A stretch of 64,000 nucleotides of DNA, taken from the NCBI RefSeq assembly GCF_020745735.1, contig NC_083409.1, positions 9,971,534-10,035,533 on the forward strand. Direction: 5' to 3'. Shown here in pieces: positions 60,630 through 64,000 of the stretch (within the stretch, counting starts at the first letter, position 1; the number at the start of each line of letters is the position of its first letter). This DNA is from Hemiscyllium ocellatum. Taxonomy: Eukaryota. The position numbers and the translations under genes were made by a program. Under the pieces are notes generated by a model. It worked only from the letters and a program-made list of their open reading frames with translations. It ran no database searches and was not told the DNA's origin.

Positions 60630-61960
60630 CTACAACCTTATCTCCTTAAGTCTTCCACACAGCCAACCAGCTTACTGATACACCAACCATCCACCAACCT
60701 GCTTGATGAACTCCATCTACTTCCTTGATTCCCAATTCAACTCACCCACCTCACAGATCATCTCCACATTCCCATCATTATCACTTGCACACACAATCAC
60801 CCAACTGCTTACACATTCACCAAGTAGTCACACACCACACCAGAAAATCCTCAACATTGCGTTTGGATGGATTTTGAGAGGATTTGTAGCTCAGGTTGAG
60901 GTCCTGGATATACATTTTCTCACTGAGTTGGAAGGTTCGTTTTCAGACCTCTTGTCACCATACTAGGTAATATCATCAGTGAGTCTCTGGTGAAACACTG
61001 GTGGTATGGCCCGCTTTTTATTTGTTTCAGTTTCCTTGGGCTGGTGATGTTATTTCTTGTGGTGATATCATTTCCTATGGTAATGTCATTTCCACTTTCT
61101 CAGGGGTTGGTAAATGGAAATCCAAATCAATGTGTTTGTTGGTAGAGTTCCAGTTGGATTGCCATGCTTCCAGGAATTCTCATGCGTGCCTTTGTTTGAC
61201 TTGTCCTAGGAAGGATGTGTTGTCCCATTCGAAGTCCTTCTTCATCTGTATGTAAAGATACTAGTGAGATGGATATTTTTCTTCTGGGATTAAACAATGC
61301 TTCACATCGGTCTCAGTAATCCAATCAAGGAACACAGCATTATTTGGCAGAGGAAACTCTCAGCCCAGCCATAAAGCATGTTTCTGATGGACGTCCAAAT
61401 AATCGAATCAGCTCACCTTATAATAATATACTCTATTTGGAACTCGGCATGGCCCAGGATATCCAAAATATTTGACCATGATATAGGAGACAACACTTCC
61501 AAATTCAACAACTGCCTGGTGCTATGGATGTCAATACACTGCTAATTTTCCAGGATAAGAAATTATTCCTTGTTCTCACATGGCTCAGCAGATCTGAGAT
61601 CCTCACACTTGATCCACTCATTGAACAGACCCTTGTGGCCCCAGACTTATATCCGAATACCTCACTTCCAGTGGCTATCTGACCAGACCACAGGACCTAA
61701 TCTTCTCGGCTCCTAACTTCTGAACTAATACAAATTTTGAACTAAGATTCATTCATCAGGCTACAACCTTATCTCCTTAAGTCTTCCGCACAGCAAACCA
61801 GCTTACTGATACACCAACCATCCACCAACCTGCTTGATGGACTCCATCCACTTCCTTGATTCCCAATTCAACTCACACACCTCACAGACCCTCTCCACAT
61901 TCCCATCATTATCACTTGCACACACAATCACCCAACAGCTTACACATTCACCAAGTAGTC
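60630..61960 (+). repeat. 200-bp direct repeats (60630-60829 and 61761-61960) enclosing a Penelope GIY-YIG 3' fragment (60870-61270, -) and LINE debris
   Basis: Near-identical CTACAACCTTATCTCCTTAAG...CACCAAGTAGTC copies; the minus strand encodes SLVSLHTDEEG...W...NKHIDLD-like Penelope C-terminus. Confidence 0.75.
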
Positions 61961-63039
61961 TAATCCATGTTGTAACATTGAAACTCCAATGTGAAGACAT
62001 TGGGCAAATGGCAGCACATGCATCCAATGTGGGCTTGTTCTGCCTTCTAATAATTCTGTTCCACTGTTAGAGTGGCACGATGGAAGGCACGCTGTCCAAG
62101 TCTGAAACACCTGGCATGCAGAGTTCTGTGTGAAATTCTGAGCAGTGTTCTGCACAGTGGCTTTTACAGGTATAGCAAGCTGGAAAGCATTGCATAATAA
62201 CAGGAAATACAATTTAAGGCTGTTAATTCTGTAAACTATAAAATGAATTTGTAAGAGCAAAATTTTGAAACAAATTAGATTGTGATAAGATAGAGTTCCC
62301 TCAATGTTATCAAAGCATTAGGATTGTTCAGCTGCATTAAGCAGAATTAATTATAAATGCAGTCTGGGTAATTAGCAGAAGGACGTGAGAAATCTCACAA
62401 ATTATGAGTACCTTTGGCAATTCCAACTTACAGACTTCGGGAGATAAGGGACTCTGATATTAGAAAAAGTAATTTCATCCAAAGGAAAAATGTATGAAGT
62501 CAGTAGTGGAGTAACTTACACAATAGGGCAGGGCAAATTGAGAGATCTGATAAATGTTAGGAGAATAGAGAAAGGACCTCCATAAATGAAGCATCAACAC
62601 AAATCAGGGATTTGTGTGATTGGATGAATGCAAATATCTCAGAGGTTTGTGAGCTGGGGAAATTTACAAGTCTGGATTAGTATCTGAAAGACTGCTGGAA
62701 AGCTAGACGTTGGCCAAATGCAGCAGGACAACACGTGTGAGAAAAGCTAGCAACACCACTTCTGCAGAGTAGCTGCTGTACATCTAGATTTCACTTTGTT
62801 TTACAGATACCAATTTTCTAAATAACGTCAGCTTGTTATTTTGTTTCAGTCTGATGTAATGAATAATGTTTACCTCCATATATTTGTTAAACGACTGAAA
62901 CTAATTATAATGATGATTCATCTTTTTGGACTCCCTGGAGGTTGGATGCCTACATAAATATAGATTTGCTTTCATTGGCTCAGTTGTGCATCCATCAGAT
63001 TCATCTAACTCGAGCACAAATCACTCATTCTCACAGAAA

Positions 63040-63109
63040 ATGGGGAAGCCAACTATTCTGCTGGTGAAAGAGATTTACTATCCAATTCTCACAGCAATTG
63101 CGCTTCCTG
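63040..63109 (+). CDS. Class A GPCR (GPR139/GPR142-like), exon 1
   Basis: MGKPTILLVKEIYYPILTAIALP-G, phase-1 donor G|GTGAGT at 63110. Confidence 0.8.
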
Positions 63110-63484
63110 GTGAGTCGTTGACAGTGTTTGTTGTTGATCAACGTTGACTGTCTCCTTGTTCATACCATTTTAGATCAGGTAACTTGTTTTTCTGATACCA
63201 GCAATCTGCAATGGATATTCTCTGCAACAAGTCCATCAATTTTCAATTTCCATTTTATCAATTTTTCACCTTCTGAAGATTTTTTTTGATAGAATGTACC
63301 TTGCTGGTTTCGTACAGTAGATTATTTGACTCTTCATTCTGTACAGAGCGAGCTCTGGAGCTGCTCATTAAATACTTTCCTGTTTTGATAGCCCAACATA
63401 ATGGTTTTAAATGCGCTCAGCAAATTTATTGAATGCAACCCAATACTCGAATATTATGTACCTCTGTCTGTCTCTCTTTTACAG

Positions 63485-64000
63485 CAAACTTGATGACCAT
63501 TGTGATTCTGTCACGAGGAAACTGTGGTCTTTCAAAGTGTATTTCTGTCTACATGATGGCCATGGCAACAACAGACCTTCTTGTTATTATCTTCTATGTA
63601 AAAGTGCATTATATCTTCAATTATCACTTTCCATTTTCAATCCTGTCCCAAACATCTTGGTGCACAGGCATTATATATTCCAGTGGTGTCAGTATAGATT
63701 TATCTGTCTGGTTCAATGTCTCCTTCGCATTTGACAGATTTGTTGTGATCTGCTGCCAGAAGTTTAAAACAAAGTATTGCACGAAGAGAACTGCAATTAT
63801 CATTGTAACAACCTTCTCTTTCCTGATGGTGTTGAAGAATATTCCACTTCTATTTGCTTATGAACCTCAATACATTATCAACAAGGTGCAGTGGGGCTGT
63901 CGAGCAAGTGTGTCTTTCTTTTCATCTTCTGCAGGTACAGGATACCTCTGGTTCTACAGCGCCTGGCTTGCCTGGCTTCCTTTCACTTTGATTGCCATGT
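63485..64000 (+). CDS. Class A GPCR (GPR139/GPR142-like), exon 2, open to the window edge
   Basis: Acceptor TTTTACAG at 63484; (A)NLMTIVILSRGNCGLSKCISVYMMAMATTDLLV...SVWFNVSFAFDRFVVICCQKFKTKYCTKRTA...WGC...WLPFTLIAM; TM1-TM5 and a DRF motif, no stop. Missed by the ORF track because it runs off the end. Confidence 0.88.

Noticed and set aside
1-64000. CRISPR arrays, rRNA or true tRNA genes
   Set aside because: This is eukaryotic DNA with no repeat-spacer arrays, and the tRNA-like sequences are SINE heads or the retroviral PBS.

Overview
Repeat-rich vertebrate genomic DNA, almost certainly from a cartilaginous fish (shark). This follows from the cluster-type Ig light-chain organisation, HE1/V-SINE-type SINEs and CR1 and Penelope repeats. 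Main content, in order: (1) a complete, apparently functional, unrearranged kappa-type (type III/NS4-like) Ig light-chain cluster, L-V-12RSS-23RSS-J-C, at 9957-21564 (+); (2) an orphan CpG-island promoter at about 28.7-29.3 kb; (3) a defective endogenous retrovirus at 30080-36169 (-) with two LTRs, a tRNA-Ser PBS, a PPT, integrase and a gamma-type env whose N-terminal region carries a calcium-binding EGF-like module; (4) an intron-containing CEP350 pseudogene fragment (3 exons) wedged between the LTR and a near full-length CR1; (5) an AGCT/GGGGT-rich, switch-region-like repeat at 55.2-56.1 kb; (6) the 5' part of a two-exon GPR139/142-like GPCR running off the right edge. The rest is mostly CR1, L2, Tx1 and Penelope LINE debris, SINEs and MITEs. 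Many Penelope tails carry minimal hammerhead ribozyme cores, often as inverted pairs. All identifications are by eye and from memory of family motifs. No searches were run, and repeat boundaries are approximate.
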